NCBI GenBank assembly: GCA_964016885.1
Contig: OZ024740.1
Span: forward strand, 440,448,001 to 440,512,000
DNA from: Eledone cirrhosa
Taxonomy: Eukaryota
Direction: 5' to 3'
Length of the DNA stretch: 64,000 nucleotides
Below, piece by piece: positions 1 to 18,000 of this stretch. How positions within the stretch are numbered: position 1 is the first letter of the stretch; every line of letters starts with the position of its first letter. A model generated the notes under the pieces. The model worked only from the letters and a program-made list of their open reading frames with translations, had not been told where the DNA came from and made no database searches. A program made the position numbers and the translations under genes.

Positions 1-3000
1 CAACTAATAACGACACCATACTACACTACTTCACCTTTCTCAGCCTCAACTAGTAACGACACCATACTACACTACTTCACCTTTCTCAGTCTCAACTAAT
101 AACGACACCATACTACACTACTTCACCTTTCTCAGTCTCAACTAGTAACGACACCATACTACACTACTTTACCATTCTCAGTCTCAACTAGTGACGACAC
201 CATACTACACTACTTCACCTTTCTCAGTCTCAACTAGTTACGACACCATACTACACTACTTCACCTTTTACAGTCTCAAACTAGTAATGACACCATACTA
301 CACTACTTCACATTTCACAGTCTCAACTAGTAATGACACCATACTACACTACTTCACCTTTCTCAGTCTCAACTAATAACGACACCATACAACACTACTT
401 CACCTTTTTCAGTCTCAACTAGTAACGACACCATACTACACTACTTCACCTTTCTCAGTCTCAACTAGTAACGACACCATACTACACTACTTGACCTTTC
501 TCAGTCTCAACAAGTAATGACACCATACTACACTACTTCACCTGTCTCAGTCTCAACTAGTAACGACACCATACTACACTACTTCACCTTTCTCACTCTC
601 AACTAGTAACGACACCATACTACACTACTTCACCTTTCACAGTCTCAACGAATAACGGCACCATACTACACTACTTCATCTTTCTCAGTCTCAACTAGTA
701 ACGACACCATACTACACTACTTCACCTTTCTCACTCTCAACTAGTAACGACACCATACTACACTACTTCATCTTTCTCACTCTCAACTAGTAACGACACC
801 ATACTACACTACTTCACCTTTCTCAGGCTCAACTAGTAACGACACCATACAACACTACTTCATCTTTCTCAGTCTCAACTAGTAACCACACCATACTACA
901 CTACTTCACCTTTCTCAGGCTCAACTAGTAACGACACCATACTACACTACTTCACCTTTCTCAGTCTCAAATAATAACGACACCATACTACACTACGTCA
1001 CATTTCACAGTCTCAACTAGTAATGACACCATACTACACTACTTCACCTTTCTCAGTCTCAACAAGTAACGACACCATACTACACTACTTCACCTTTCTC
1101 AGTTTCAAATATTAACGACACCATACTACACTACTTCACCTTTCTCCGTCTCAACTAGTAACGACACCATACTACACTATTTCACCTTTCTCAGTCTCAA
1201 CTAGTAACGACACCATACAACACTACTTCACGTTTCTCAGGCTCAACTAGTAACGACACCATACAACACTACTTCATCTTTCCCAGTCTCCACTAGTAAC
1301 GACACCATACTACACTATTTCACCTTTCTCAGGCTCAACTAGTAACGACACCATACTACACTAGTTCACCTATCTCAGTCTCAACTAGTAATGATACCAT
1401 ACTACACTACTTCACATTTCACAGTCTCAACTAGTAATGACACCATACTACACTACTTCACCTTTCTCAGTCTCAACTAGTAATGACACCATACTACACT
1501 ACATCACCTTTCTCAGTCTCAACTAGTAACGACACCATACTACACTACTTCACCTTTCTCAGTCTCAAATAATAACGACACCATACTACACTACTTCACC
1601 TTTCTCAGTCTCAAATAATAACGACACTATACTACACTACTTCACCTTTCTCAGTCTCAACTTGTAACGACACCATACTACACTACTTCACCTTTCTCAG
1701 TCTCAAATAATAACGACACTATACTACACTACTTCACCTTTCTCAGTCTCAACTAGTAATGACACCATACTACACTACTTCACCATTCTCAGTCTCAACT
1801 AGTAACTACACCATACTACACTACTTCACCTTTCTCAGTCTCAAATAATAACGACACCATACTACACTACTTCACCTTTCTCAGTCTCAAATAATAATGA
1901 CACCATACTACACTACTTCACCTATTTCAGTCTCAACTAGTAATGACACCATACTACACTACTTCACCTTTCTCAGTCTCAACTAGTAATGACACCATAC
2001 TACACTACTTCACCTTTCTCAGTCTCAACTAGTAATGACACCATACTACACTACTTCACCTTTCTCAGCCTCAACTAGTAACGACACCATACTACACTAC
2101 TTCACCTTTCTCAGTCTCAACTAGTAATGACACCATACTACACTACTTCACGTTTCTCAGTCTCAACTAGTAATGACACCATACTACAATACTTCACCTT
2201 TCTCAGCCTCAACTAGTAACGACACCATACTACACTACTTCACCTGTCTCAGTCTCAACTAGTAATGACACCATACTACACTACTTCACGTTTCTCAGTC
2301 TCAACTAGTAATGACACCATACTACACTACTTCACCTTTCTCAGTCTCAACTAGTAATGACACCATACTACACTACTTCACCTATTTCAGTCTCAACTAG
2401 TAACGACACCATACTACACTACTTCACCTTTCTCAGTCTCAACTAGTAATGACACCATACTACACTAATTCACCTTTCACAGTCTAAACTAGTAACGACA
2501 CGATACTACACTACTTCACCTTTCTCAGTGTCAACTAGTAATGACACCATACTACACTACTTCACCTGTCTCAGTCTCAACTAGTAACGACACCATACTA
2601 CACTACTTCACCTGTCTCAGTCTCAACAAGTAACGACACCATACTACACTACTTCACCTTTCTCAGTCTCAACTAGTAACGACACCATACTACACTACTT
2701 CACCTTTCTCAGTCTCAACTAGTAACGACACCATACTACACTACTTCACCTTTCTCAGTCTCAACTAATAACGACACCATACTACACTACTTCACCTTTC
2801 TCAGTCTCAACTAGTAATGACACCATACTACACTACTTCACGTTTCTCAGTCTCAACTAGTATTGACACCATACTACACTTCTTCACCTTTCTCAGTCTC
2901 AACTAGTAACGACACCATACTACACTACTTCACCTTTCTCAGTCTCAACTAATAACGACACCATACTACACTACTTCACCTTTCTCAGTCTCAACTAGTA

Positions 3001-6000
3001 ATGACACCATACTACACTACTTCACGTTTCTCAGTCTCAACTAGTAATGACACCATACTACACTTCTTCACCTTTCTCAGTCTCAACTAGTAACGACACC
3101 ATACTACACTACTTCACCTTTCTCAGTCTCAACGAATAACGACACCATACTACACTACTTCACCTTTCTCAGTTTCAACTAGTAATGACACCATACTACA
3201 CTACTTCACCTATTTCAGTCTCAACTAGTAATGATACCATACTACAATATTTCACCTTTCTCAGTCTCAACTAGTAATGACACCATACTACACTACTTCA
3301 CGTTTCTCAGTCTCAACTAGTATTGACACCATACTACACTTCTTCACCTTTCTCAGTCTCAACTAGTAACGACACCATACTACACTACTTCACCTTTCTC
3401 AGTCTCAACTAATAACGACACCATACTACACTACTTCACCTTTCTCAGTCTCAACTAGTAATGACACCATACTACACTACTTCACGTTTCTCAGTCTCAA
3501 CTAGTAATGACACCATACTACACTTCTTCACCTTTCTCAGTCTCAACTAGTAACGACACCATACTACACTACTTCACCTTTCTCAGTCTCAACGAATAAC
3601 GACACCATACTACACTACTTCACCTTTCTCAGTTTCAACTAGTAATGACACCATACTACACTACTTCACCTATTTCAGTCTCAACTAGTAATGATACCAT
3701 ACTACAATATTTCACCTTTCTCAGTCTCAACTAGTAATGACACCATACTACACTACTTTACCTTTCTCAGTCTCAACTAGTAACGACACCATACTACACT
3801 ACTTCACCTTTCTCAGTCTCAACTAGTAACGACACCATACTACACTACTTCACCTTTCTCAGTCTCAACTAGTAACGACACCATACTACACTACTTCACC
3901 TTTCTAAGTCTCAACTAGTAATGACACCATACTACATTATTTCCCCTTTTTCAGTCTCAACTAGTAACAACACCATACTACACTACTTCACCTTTCTCAC
4001 TCTCAACTAGTAACGACACCATACTACACTACTTCACCTTTCTCAGTCTCAACTAGTAACGACACCATACTACACTACTTCACCTTTCTCAGTCTCAAAT
4101 AATAACGACACTATACTACACTACTTCACCTTTCTCAGTCTCAACTTGTAACGACACCATACTACACTACTTCACCTTTCTCAGTCTCAACTGGTAATGA
4201 CACCATACTACACTACTTCACCTTTCTCAGTCTCAACTAGTAACAATACCATACTACAATACTTTACCTTTCTCAGTCTGAACTAGTAACGACCACATAC
4301 TACACTACTTCACCTTTCTCAGTCTCAACTAGTAATGACACCATACTACACTACTTCACCTTTCTCAGTCTCAACTAGTAATGACACCATACTACACTAT
4401 TTCACCTTTCTCAGCCTCAACTAGTAACGACACCATACTACACTACTTCACCTTTCTCAGTCTCAACTAGTAATGACACCATACTACACTACTTCACCTT
4501 TCTCAGTCTCAACTAGTAATGACACCATACTACACTACTTCACCTTTCTCAGTCTCAACTAGTAATGACACCATACTACACTACTTCACCTTTCTCAGTC
4601 TCAAATAATAACGACACTATACTACACTAATTCACCTTTCTCAGTCTCAACTAGTAATGACACCATACTACACAACGTCACCTTTCTCAGTCTCAACTAG
4701 TAATGACACCATACTACACTACTTCACCTTTCTCAGCCTCAACTAGTAACGACACCATACTACACTACTTCACCTTTCTCAGTCTCAACTAGTAATGACA
4801 CCATACTACACTACTTCACCTTTCTCAGTCTCAACTAGTAATGACACCATACTACACTACTTCACCTTTCTCAGCCTCAACTAGTAACGACACCATACTA
4901 CACTACTTTACCTTTCTCAGTCTCAACTAGTAATGACACCATACTACACTACTTCACCTATTTCAGTCTCAACTAGTAACGACACCATACTACACTACTT
5001 CACCTTTCTCAGTCTCAACTAGTAATGACACCATACTACACTACTTCACCTTTCACAGTCTAAACTAGTAACGACACGATACTACACTACTTCACCTTTC
5101 TCAGTGTCAACTAGTAATGACACCATACTACACTACTTCACCTGTCTCAGTCTCAACTAGTAACGACACCATACTACACTACTTCACCTTTCTCAGTCTC
5201 AACTAGTAACGACACCATACTACACTACTTCACCTTTCTCAGTCTCAACTAGTAATGACACCATACTACACTACTTCACCTTTCTCAGTCTCAAATAATA
5301 ACGACACTATACTACACTAATTCACCTTTCTCAGTCTCAACTAGTAATGACACCATACTACACTACGTCACCTTTCTCAGTCTCAACTAATAACGACACC
5401 ATACTACACTAATTCACCTTTCTCAGTCTCAACTAGTAATGACACCATACTACACTACTTCACGTTTCTCAGTCTCAACTAGTAATGACACCATACTACA
5501 CTTCTTCACCTTTCTCAGTCTCAACTAGTAACGACACCATACTACACTACTTCACCTTTCTCAGTCTCAACGAATAACGACACCATACTACACTACTTCA
5601 CCTTTCTCAGTCTCAACTAGTAATGACACCATACTACACTACTTCACCTATTTCAGTCTCAACTAGTAATGATACCATACTACAATATTTCACCTTTCTC
5701 AGTCTCAACTAGTAATGACACCATACTATACTACTTCACCTTTCTCAGTCTCAACTAGTAACGACACCATACTACACTACTTTACCTTTCTCAGTCTCAA
5801 CTAGTAACGACACCATACTACACTACTTTACCTTTCTCAGTCTCAACTAGTAACGACACCATACTACACTACTTCACCTTTCTCAGTCTCAACTAGTAAT
5901 GACACCATACTACACTACTTCACCTTTCTCAGTCTCAACTAGTAATGACACCATACTACACTACTTCACCTTTCTCAGCCTCAACTAGTAACGACACCAT

Positions 6001-9000
6001 ACTACACTACTTCACCTTTCTCAGTCTCAACTAGTAATGACACCATACTACACTACTTCACGTTTCTCAGTCTCAACTAGTAATGACACCATACTACACT
6101 ACTTCACCTTTCTCAGCCTCAACTAGTAACGACACCATACTACACTACTTCACCTGTCTCAGTCTCAACTAGTAATGACACCATACTACACTACTTCACG
6201 TTTCTCAGTCTCAACTAGTAATGACACCATACTACACTACTTCACCTTTCTCAGTCTCAACTAGTAATGACACCATACTACACTACTTCACCTATTTCAG
6301 TCTCAACTAGTAACGACACCATACTATACTACTTCACCTTTCTCAGTCTCAACTAGTAATGACACCATACTACACTAATTCACCTTTCACAGTCTAAACT
6401 AGTAACGACACGATACTACACTACTTCACCTTTCTCAGTGTCAACTAGTAATGACACCATACTACACTACTTCACCTGTCTCAGTCTCAACTAGTAACGA
6501 CACCATACTACACTACTTCACCTGTCTCAGTCTCAACAAGTAACGACACCATACTACACTACTTCACCTTTCTCAGTCTCAACTAGTAACGACACCATAC
6601 TACACTACTTCACCTTTCTCAGTCTCAACGTGGTAACGACACCATACTACACTACTTCACCTTTCTCAGTCTCAACTAATAACGACACCATACTACACTA
6701 CTTCACCTTTCTCAGTCTCAACTAGTAATGACACCATACTACACTACTTCACGTTTCTCAGTCTCAACTAGTAATGACACCATACTACACTTCTTCACCT
6801 TTCTCAGTCTCAACTAGTAACGACACCATACTACACTACTTCACGTTTCTCAGTCTCAACTAATAACGACACCATACTACACTACGTCACCTTTCTCAGT
6901 CTCAACTAATAACGACACCATACTACACTAATTCACCTTTCTCAGTCTCAACTAGTAATGACACCATACTACACTACGTCACCTTTCTCAGTCTCAACTA
7001 ATAACGACACCATACTACACTACTTCACCTTTCTCAGTCTCAAATAATAACGACACTATACTACACTAATTCACCTTTCTCAGTCTCAACTAGTAATGAC
7101 ACCATACTACACTACGTCACCTTTCTCAGTCTCAACTAATAACGACACCATACTACACTAATTCACCTTTCTCAGTCTCAACTAGTAATGACACCATACT
7201 ACACTACTTCACGTTTCTCAGTCTCAACTAGTAATGACACCATACTACACTTCTTCACCTTTCTCAGTCTCAACTAGTAACGACACCATACTACACTACT
7301 TCACCTTTCTCAGTCTCAACTAATAACGACACCATACTACACTACTTCACCTTTCTCAGTCTCAACGAATAACGACACCATACTACACTACTTCACCTTT
7401 CTCAGTCTCAACTAGTAATGACACCATACTACACTACTTCACCTATTTCAGTCTCAACTAGTAATGATACCATACTACAATATTTCACCTTTCTCAGTCT
7501 CAACTAGTAATGACACCATACTATACTACTTCACCTTTCTCAGTCTCAACTAGTAACGACACCATACTACACTACTTTACCTTTCTCAGTCTCAACTAGT
7601 AACGACACCATACTACACTACTTTACCTTTCTCAGTCTCAACTAGTAACGACACCATACTACACTACTTCACCTTTCTCAGTCTCAACTAGTAATGACAC
7701 CATACTACACTACTTCACCTTTCTCAGTCTCAACTAGTAATGACACCATACTACACTACTTCACCTTTCTCAGCCTCAACTAGTAACGACACCATACTAC
7801 ACTACTTCACCTTTCTCAGTCTCAACTAGTAATGACACCATACTACACTACTTCACGTTTCTCAGTCTCAACTAGTAATGACACCATACTACACTACTTC
7901 ACCTTTCTCAGCCTCAACTAGTAACGACACCATACTACACTACTTCACCTGTCTCAGTCTCAACTAGTAATGACACCATACTACACTACTTCACGTTTCT
8001 CAGTCTCAACTAGTAATGACACCATACTACACTACTTCACCTTTCTCAGTCTCAACTAGTAATGACACCATACTACACTACTTCACCATTCTCAGTCTCA
8101 ACTAGTAACTACACCATACTACACTACTTCACCTTTCTCAGTCTCAAATAATAACGACACCATACTACACTACTTCACCTTTCTCAGTCTCAAATAATAA
8201 TGACACCATACTACACTACTTCACCTATTTCAGTCTCAACTAGTAATGACACCATACTACACTACTTCACCTTTCTCAGTCTCAACTAGTAATGACACCA
8301 TACTACACTACTTCACCTTTCTCAGTCTCAACTAGTAATGACACCATACTACACTACTTCACCTTTCTCAGCCTCAACTAGTAACGACACCATACTACAC
8401 TACTTCACCTTTCTCAGTCTCAACTAGTAATGACACCATACTACACTACTTCACGTTTCTCAGTCTCAACTAGTAATGACACCATACTACAATACTTCAC
8501 CTTTCTCAGCCTCAACTAGTAACGACACCATACTACACTACTTCACCTGTCTCAGTCTCAACTAGTAATGACACCATACTACACTACTTCACGTTTCTCA
8601 GTCTCAACTAGTAATGACACCATACTACACTACTTCACCTTTCTCAGTCTCAACTAGTAATGACACCATACTACACTACTTCACCTATTTCAGTCTCAAC
8701 TAGTAACGACACCATACTACACTACTTCACCTTTCTCAGTCTCAACTAGTAATGACACCATACTACACTAATTCACCTTTCACAGTCTAAACTAGTAACG
8801 ACACGATACTACACTACTTCACCTTTCTCAGTGTCAACTAGTAATGACACCATACTACACTACTTCACCTGTCTCAGTCTCAACTAGTAACGACACCATA
8901 CTACACTACTTCACCTGTCTCAGTCTCAACAAGTAACGACACCATACTACACTACTTCACCTTTCTCAGTCTCAACTAGTAACGACACCATACTACACTA

Positions 9001-12000
9001 CTTCACCTTTCTCAGTCTCAACTAGTAACGACACCATACTACACTACTTCACCTTTCTCAGTCTCAACTAATAACGACACCATACTACACTACTTCACCT
9101 TTCTCAGTCTCAACTAGTAATGACACCATACTACACTACTTCACGTTTCTCAGTCTCAACTAGTATTGACACCATACTACACTTCTTCACCTTTCTCAGT
9201 CTCAACTAGTAACGACACCATACTACACTACTTCACCTTTCTCAGTCTCAACTAATAACGACACCATACTACACTACTTCACCTTTCTCAGTCTCAACTA
9301 GTAATGACACCATACTACACTACTTCACGTTTCTCAGTCTCAACTAGTAATGACACCATACTACACTTCTTCACCTTTCTCAGTCTCAACTAGTAACGAC
9401 ACCATACTACACTACTTCACCTTTCTCAGTCTCAACGAATAACGACACCATACTACACTACTTCACCTTTCTCAGTTTCAACTAGTAATGACACCATACT
9501 ACACTACTTCACCTATTTCAGTCTCAACTAGTAATGATACCATACTACAATATTTCACCTTTCTCAGTCTCAACTAGTAATGACACCATACTACACTACT
9601 TCACGTTTCTCAGTCTCAACTAGTATTGACACCATACTACACTTCTTCACCTTTCTCAGTCTCAACTAGTAACGACACCATACTACACTACTTCACCTTT
9701 CTCAGTCTCAACTAATAACGACACCATACTACACTACTTCACCTTTCTCAGTCTCAACTAGTAATGACACCATACTACACTACTTCACGTTTCTCAGTCT
9801 CAACTAGTAATGACACCATACTACACTTCTTCACCTTTCTCAGTCTCAACTAGTAACGACACCATACTACACTACTTCACCTTTCTCAGTCTCAACGAAT
9901 AACGACACCATACTACACTACTTCACCTTTCTCAGTTTCAACTAGTAATGACACCATACTACACTACTTCACCTATTTCAGTCTCAACTAGTAATGATAC
10001 CATACTACAATATTTCACCTTTCTCAGTCTCAACTAGTAATGACACCATACTACACTACTTTACCTTTCTCAGTCTCAACTAGTAACGACACCATACTAC
10101 ACTACTTCACCTTTCTCAGTCTCAACTAGTAACGACACCATACTACACTACTTCACCTTTCTCAGTCTCAACTAGTAACGACACCATACTACACTACTTC
10201 ACCTTTCTAAGTCTCAACTAGTAATGACACCATACTACATTATTTCCCCTTTTTCAGTCTCAACTAGTAACAACACCATACTACACTACTTCACCTTTCT
10301 CACTCTCAACTAGTAACGACACCATACTACACTACTTCACCTTTCTCAGTCTCAACTAGTAACGACACCATACTACACTACTTCACCTTTCTCAGTCTCA
10401 AATAATAACGACACTATACTACACTACTTCACCTTTCTCAGTCTCAACTTGTAACGACACCATACTACACTACTTCACCTTTCTCAGTCTCAACTGGTAA
10501 TGACACCATACTACACTACTTCACCTTTCTCAGTCTCAACTAGTAACAATACCATACTACAATACTTTACCTTTCTCAGTCTGAACTAGTAACGACCACA
10601 TACTACACTACTTCACCTTTCTCAGTCTCAACTAGTAATGACACCATACTACACTACTTCACCTTTCTCAGTCTCAACTAGTAATGACACCATACTACAC
10701 TATTTCACCTTTCTCAGCCTCAACTAGTAACGACACCATACTACACTACTTCACCTTTCTCAGTCTCAACTAGTAATGACACCATACTACACTACTTCAC
10801 CTTTCTCAGTCTCAACTAGTAATGACACCATACTACACTACTTCACCTTTCTCAGTCTCAACTAGTAATGACACCATACTACACTACTTCACCTTTCTCA
10901 GTCTCAAATAATAACGACACTATACTACACTAATTCACCTTTCTCAGTCTCAACTAGTAATGACACCATACTACACTACGTCACCTTTCTCAGTCTCAAC
11001 TAGTAATGACACCATACTACACTACTTCACCTTTCTCAGCCTCAACTAGTAACGACACCATACTACACTACTTCACCTTTCTCAGTCTCAACTAGTAATG
11101 ACACCATACTACACTACTTCACCTTTCTCAGTCTCAACTAGTAATGACACCATACTACACTACTTCACCTTTCTCAGCCTCAACTAGTAACGACACCATA
11201 CTACACTACTTTACCTTTCTCAGTCTCAACTAGTAATGACACCATACTACACTACTTCACCTATTTCAGTCTCAACTAGTAACGACACCATACTACACTA
11301 CTTCACCTTTCTCAGTCTCAACTAGTAATGACACCATACTACACTACTTCACCTTTCACAGTCTAAACTAGTAACGACACGATACTACACTACTTCACCT
11401 TTCTCAGTGTCAACTAGTAATGACACCATACTACACTACTTCACCTGTCTCAGTCTCAACTAGTAACGACACCATACTACACTACTTCACCTTTCTCAGT
11501 CTCAACTAGTAACGACACCATACTACACTACTTCACCTTTCTCAGTCTCAACTAGTAATGACACCATACTACACTACTTCACCTTTCTCAGTCTCAAATA
11601 ATAACGACACTATACTACACTAATTCACCTTTCTCAGTCTCAACTAGTAATGACACCATACTACACTACGTCACCTTTCTCAGTCTCAACTAATAACGAC
11701 ACCATACTACACTAATTCACCTTTCTCAGTCTCAACTAGTAATGACACCATACTACACTACTTCACGTTTCTCAGTCTCAACTAGTAATGACACCATACT
11801 ACACTTCTTCACCTTTCTCAGTCTCAACTAGTAACGACACCATACTACACTACTTCACCTTTCTCAGTCTCAACTAATAACGACACCATACTACACTACT
11901 TCCCCTTTCTCAGTCTCAACGAATAACGACACCATACTACACTACTTCACCTTTCTCAGTCTCAACTAGTAATGACACCATACTACACTACTTCACCTAT

Positions 12001-15000
12001 TTCAGTCTCAACTAGTAATGATACCATACTACAATATTTCACCTTTCTCAGTCTCAACTAGTAATGACACCATACTATACTACTTCACCTTTCTCAGTCT
12101 CAACTAGTAACGACACCATACTACACTACTTTACCTTTCTCAGTCTCAACTAGTAACGACACCATACTACACTACTTTACCTTTCTCAGTCTCAACTAGT
12201 AACGACACCATACTACACTACTTCACCTTTCTCAGTCTCAACTAGTAATGACACCATACTACACTACTTCACCTTTCTCAGTCTCAACTAGTAATGACAC
12301 CATACTACACTACTTCACCTTTCTCAGCCTCAACTTGTAACGACACCATACTACACTACTTCACCTTTCTCAGTCTCAACTAGTAATGACACCATACTAC
12401 ACTACTTCACGTTTCTCAGTCTCAACTAGTAATGACACCATACTACACTACTTCACCTTTCTCAGCCTCAACTAGTAACGACACCATACTACACTACTTC
12501 ACCTGTCTCAGTCTCAACTAGTAATGACACCATACTACACTACTTCACGTTTCTCAGTCTCAACTAGTAATGACACCATACTACACTACTTCACCTTTCT
12601 CAGTCTCAACTAGTAATGACACCATACTACACTACTTCACCTATTTCAGTCTCAACTAGTAACGACACCATACTACACTACTTCACCTTTCTCAGTCTCA
12701 ACTAGTAATGACACCATACTACACTAATTCACCTTTCACAGTCTAAACTAGTAACGACACGATACTACACTACTTCACCTTTCTCAGTGTCAACTAGTAA
12801 TGACACCATACTACACTACTTCACCTGTCTCAGTCTCAACTAGTAACGACACCATACTACACTACTTCACCTGTCTCAGTCTCAACAAGTAACGACACCA
12901 TACTACACTACTTCACCTTTCTCAGTCTCAACTAGTAACGACACCATACTACACTACTTCACCTTTCTCAGTCTCAACGTGGTAACGACACCATACTACA
13001 CTACTTCACCTTTCTCAGTCTCAACTAATAACGACACCATACTACACTACTTCACCTTTCTCAGTCTCAACTAGTAATGACACCATACTACACTACTTCA
13101 CGTTTCTCAGTCTCAACTAGTAATGACACCATACTACACTTCTTCACCTTTCTCAGTCTCAACTAGTAACGACACCATACTACACTACTTCACGTTTCTC
13201 AGTCTCAACTAATAACGACACCATACTACACTACGTCACCTTTCTCAGTCTCAACTAATAACGACACCATACTACACTAATTCACCTTTCTCAGTCTCAA
13301 CTAGTAATGACACCATACTACACTACGTCACCTTTCTCAGTCTCAACTAATAACGACACCATACTACACTACTTCACCTTTCTCAGTCTCAAATAATAAC
13401 GACACTATACTACACTAATTCACCTTTCTCAGTCTCAACTAGTAATGACACCATACTACACTACGTCACCTTTCTCAGTCTCAACTAATAACGACACCAT
13501 ACTACACTAATTCACCTTTCTCAGTCTCAACTAGTAATGACACCATACTACACTACTTCACGTTTCTCAGTCTCAACTAGTAATGACACCATACTACACT
13601 TCTTCACCTTTCTCAGTCTCAACTAGTAACGACACCATACTACACTACTTCACCTTTCTCAGTCTCAACTAATAACGACACCATACTACACTACTTCACC
13701 TTTCTCAGTCTCAACGAATAACGACACCATACTACACTACTTCACCTTTCTCAGTCTCAACTAGTAATGACACCATACTACACTACTTCACCTATTTCAG
13801 TCTCAACTAGTAATGATACCATACTACAATATTTCACCTTTCTCAGTCTCAACTAGTAATGACACCATACTATACTACTTCACCTTTCTCAGTCTCAACT
13901 AGTAACGACACCATACTACACTACTTTACCTTTCTCAGTCTCAACTAGTAACGACACCATACTACACTACTTTACCTTTCTCAGTCTCAACTAGTAACGA
14001 CACCATACTACACTACTTCACCTTTCTCAGTCTCAACTAGTAATGACACCATACTACACTACTTCACCTTTCTCAGTCTCAACTAGTAATGACACCATAC
14101 TACACTACTTCACCTTTCTCAGCCTCAACTAGTAACGACACCATACTACACTACTTCACCTTTCTCAGTCTCAACTAGTAATGACACCATACTACACTAC
14201 TTCACGTTTCTCAGTCTCAACTAGTAATGACACCATACTACACTACTTCACCTTTCTCAGCCTCAACTAGTAACGACACCATACTACACTACTTCACCTG
14301 TCTCAGTCTCAACTAGTAATGACACCATACTACACTACTTCACGTTTCTCAGTCTCAACTAGTAATGACACCATACTACACTACTTCACCTTTCTCAGTC
14401 TCAACTAGTAATGACACCATACTACACTACTTCACCTATTTCAGTCTCAACTAGTAACGACACCATACTACACTACTTCACCTTTCTCAGTCTCAACTAG
14501 TAATGACACCATACTACACTAATTCACCTTTCACAGTCTAAACTAGTAACGACACGATACTACACTACTTCACCTTTCTCAGTGTCAACTAGTAATGACA
14601 CCATACTACACTACTTCACCTGTCTCAGTCTCAACTAGTAACGACACCATACTACACTACTTCACCTGTCTCAGTCTCAACAAGTAACGACACCATACTA
14701 CACTACTTCACCTTTCTCAGTCTCAACTAGTAACGACACCATACTACACTACTTCACCTTTCTCAGTCTCAACGTGGTAACGACACCATACTACACTACT
14801 TCACCTTTCTCAGTCTCAACTAATAACGACACCATACTACACTACTTCACCTTTCTCAGTCTCAACTAGTAATGACACCATACTACACTACTTCACGTTT
14901 CTCAGTCTCAACTAGTAATGACACCATACTACACTTCTTCACCTTTCTCAGTCTCAACTAGTAACGACACCATACTACACTACTTCACGTTTCTCAGTCT

Positions 15001-18000
15001 CAACTAATAACGACACCATACTACACTACTTCACCTTTCTCAGTCTCAACTAGTAATGACACCATACTACACTACTTCACGTTTCTCAGTCTCAACTAGT
15101 AATGACACCATACTACACTTCTTCACCTTTCTCAGTCTCAACTAGTAACGACACCATACTACACTACTTCACCTTTCTCAGTCTCAACGAATAACGACAC
15201 CATACTACACTACTTCACCTTTCTCAGTTTCAACTAGTAATGACACCATACTACACTACTTCACCTATTTCAGTCTCAACTAGTAATGATACCATACTAC
15301 AATATTTCACCTTTCTCAGTCTCAACTAGTAATGACACCATACTACACTACTTTACCTTTCTCAGTCTCAACTAGTAACGACACCATACTACACTACTTC
15401 ACCTTTCTCAGTCTCAACTAGTAACGACACCATACTACACTACTTCACCTTTCTCAGTCTCAACTAATAACGACACCATACTACACTACTTCACCTTTCT
15501 CAGTCTCAACTAGTAATGACACCATACTACACTACTTCACGTTTCTCAGTCTCAACTAGTAATGACACCATACTACACTTCTTTACCTTTCTCAGTCTCA
15601 ACTAGTAACGACACCATACTACACTACTTCACCTTTCTCAGTCTCAACTAATAACGACACCATACTACACTACTTCACCTTTCTCAGTCTCAACTAGTAA
15701 TGACACCATACTACACTACTTCACGTTTCTCAGTCTCAACTAGTAATGACACCATACTACACTTCTTCACCTTTCTCAGTCTCAACTAGTAACGACACCA
15801 TACTACACTACTTCACCTTTCTCAGTCTCAACGAATAACGACACCATACTACACTACTTCACCTTTCTCAGTCTCAACTAGTAACGACACCATACTACAC
15901 TACTTCACCTGTCTCAGTCTCAACTAGTAATGACACCATACTACACTACTTCACCTATTTCAGTCTCAACTAGTAATGATACCATACTACAATATTTCAC
16001 CTTTCTCAGTCTCAACTAGTAATGACACCATACTACACTACTTTACCTTTCTCAGTCTCAACTAGTAACGACACCATACTACACTACTTCACCTTTCTCA
16101 GTCTCAACTAGTAACGACACCATACTACACTACTTCACCTTTCTCAGTCTCAACTAGTAACGACACCATACTACACTAGTTCACCTTTCTAAGTCTCAAC
16201 TAGTAATGACACCATACTACATTATTTCCCCTTTTTCAGTCTCAACTAGTAACAACACCATACTACACTACTTCACCTTTCTCACTCTCAACTAGTAACG
16301 ACACCATACTACACTACTTCACCTTTCTCAGTCTCAACTAGTAACGACACCATACTACACTACTTCACCTTTCTCAGTCTCAAATAATAACGACACTATA
16401 CTACACTACTTCACCTTTCTCAGTCTCAACTTGTAACGACACCATACTACACTACTTCACCTTTCTCAGTCTCAACTGGTAATGACACCATACTACACTA
16501 CTTCACCTATTTCAGTCTCAACTAGTAATGACACCATACTACACTTCTTCACCTTTCTCAGTCTCAACTAGTAACGACACCATACTACACTACTTCACCT
16601 TTCTCAGTCTCAACTAATAACGACACCATACTACACTACTTCACCTTTCTCAGTCTCAACTAATAACGACACCATACTACACTACTTCACCTTTCTCAGT
16701 CTCAACGAATAACGACACCATACTACACTACTTCACCTTTCTCAGTCTCAACTAGTAATGACACCATACTACACTACTTCACCTATTTCAGTCTCAACTA
16801 GTAATGATACCATACTACAATATTTCACCTTTCTCAGTCTCAACTAGTAATGACACCATACTATACTACTTCACCTTTCTCAGTCTCAACTAGTAACGAC
16901 ACCATACTACACTACTTTACCTTTCTCAGTCTCAACTAGTAACGACACCATACTACACTACTTTACCTTTCTCAGTCTCAACTAGTAACGACACCATACT
17001 ACACTACTTCACCTTTCTCAGTCTCAACTAGTAATGACACCATACTACACTACTTCACCTTTCTCAGTCTCAACTAGTAATGACACCATACTACACTACT
17101 TCACCTTTCTCAGCCTCAACTAGTAACGACACCATACTACACTACTTCACCTTTCTCAGTCTCAACTAGTAATGACACCATACTACACTACTTCACGTTT
17201 CTCAGTCTCAACTAGTAATGACACCATACTACACTACTTCACCTTTCTCAGCCTCAACTAGTAACGACACCATACCACACTACTTCACCTGTCTCAGTCT
17301 CAACTAGTAATGACACCATACTACACTACTTCACGTTTCTCAGTCTCAACTAGTAATGACACCATACTACACTACTTCACCTTTCTCAGTCTCAACTAGT
17401 AATGACACCATACTACACTACTTCACCTATTTCAGTCTCAACTAGTAACGACACCATACTACACTACTTCACCTTTCTCAGTCTCAACTAGTAATGAGAC
17501 CATACTACACTAATTCACCTTTCACAGTCTAAACTAGTAACGACACGATACTACACTACTTCACCTTTCTCAGTGTCAACTAGTAATGACACCATACTAC
17601 ACTACTTCACCTGTCTCAGTCTCAACTAGTAACGACACCATACTACACTACTTCACCTGTCTCAGTCTCAACAAGTAACGACACCATACTACACTACTTC
17701 ACCTTTCTCAGTCTCAACTAGTAACGACACCATACTACACTACTTCACCTTTCTCAGTCTCAACATAGTAACGACACCATACTACACTACTTCACCTTTC
17801 TCAGTCTCAACTAATAACGACACCATACTACACTACTTCACCTTTCTCAGTCTCAACTAGTAATGACACCATACTACACTACTTCACGTTTCTCAGTCTC
17901 AACTAGTAATGACACCATACTACACTTCTTCACCTTTCTCAGTCTCAACTAGTAACGACACCATACTACACTACTTCACCTTTCTCAGTCTCAACTAATA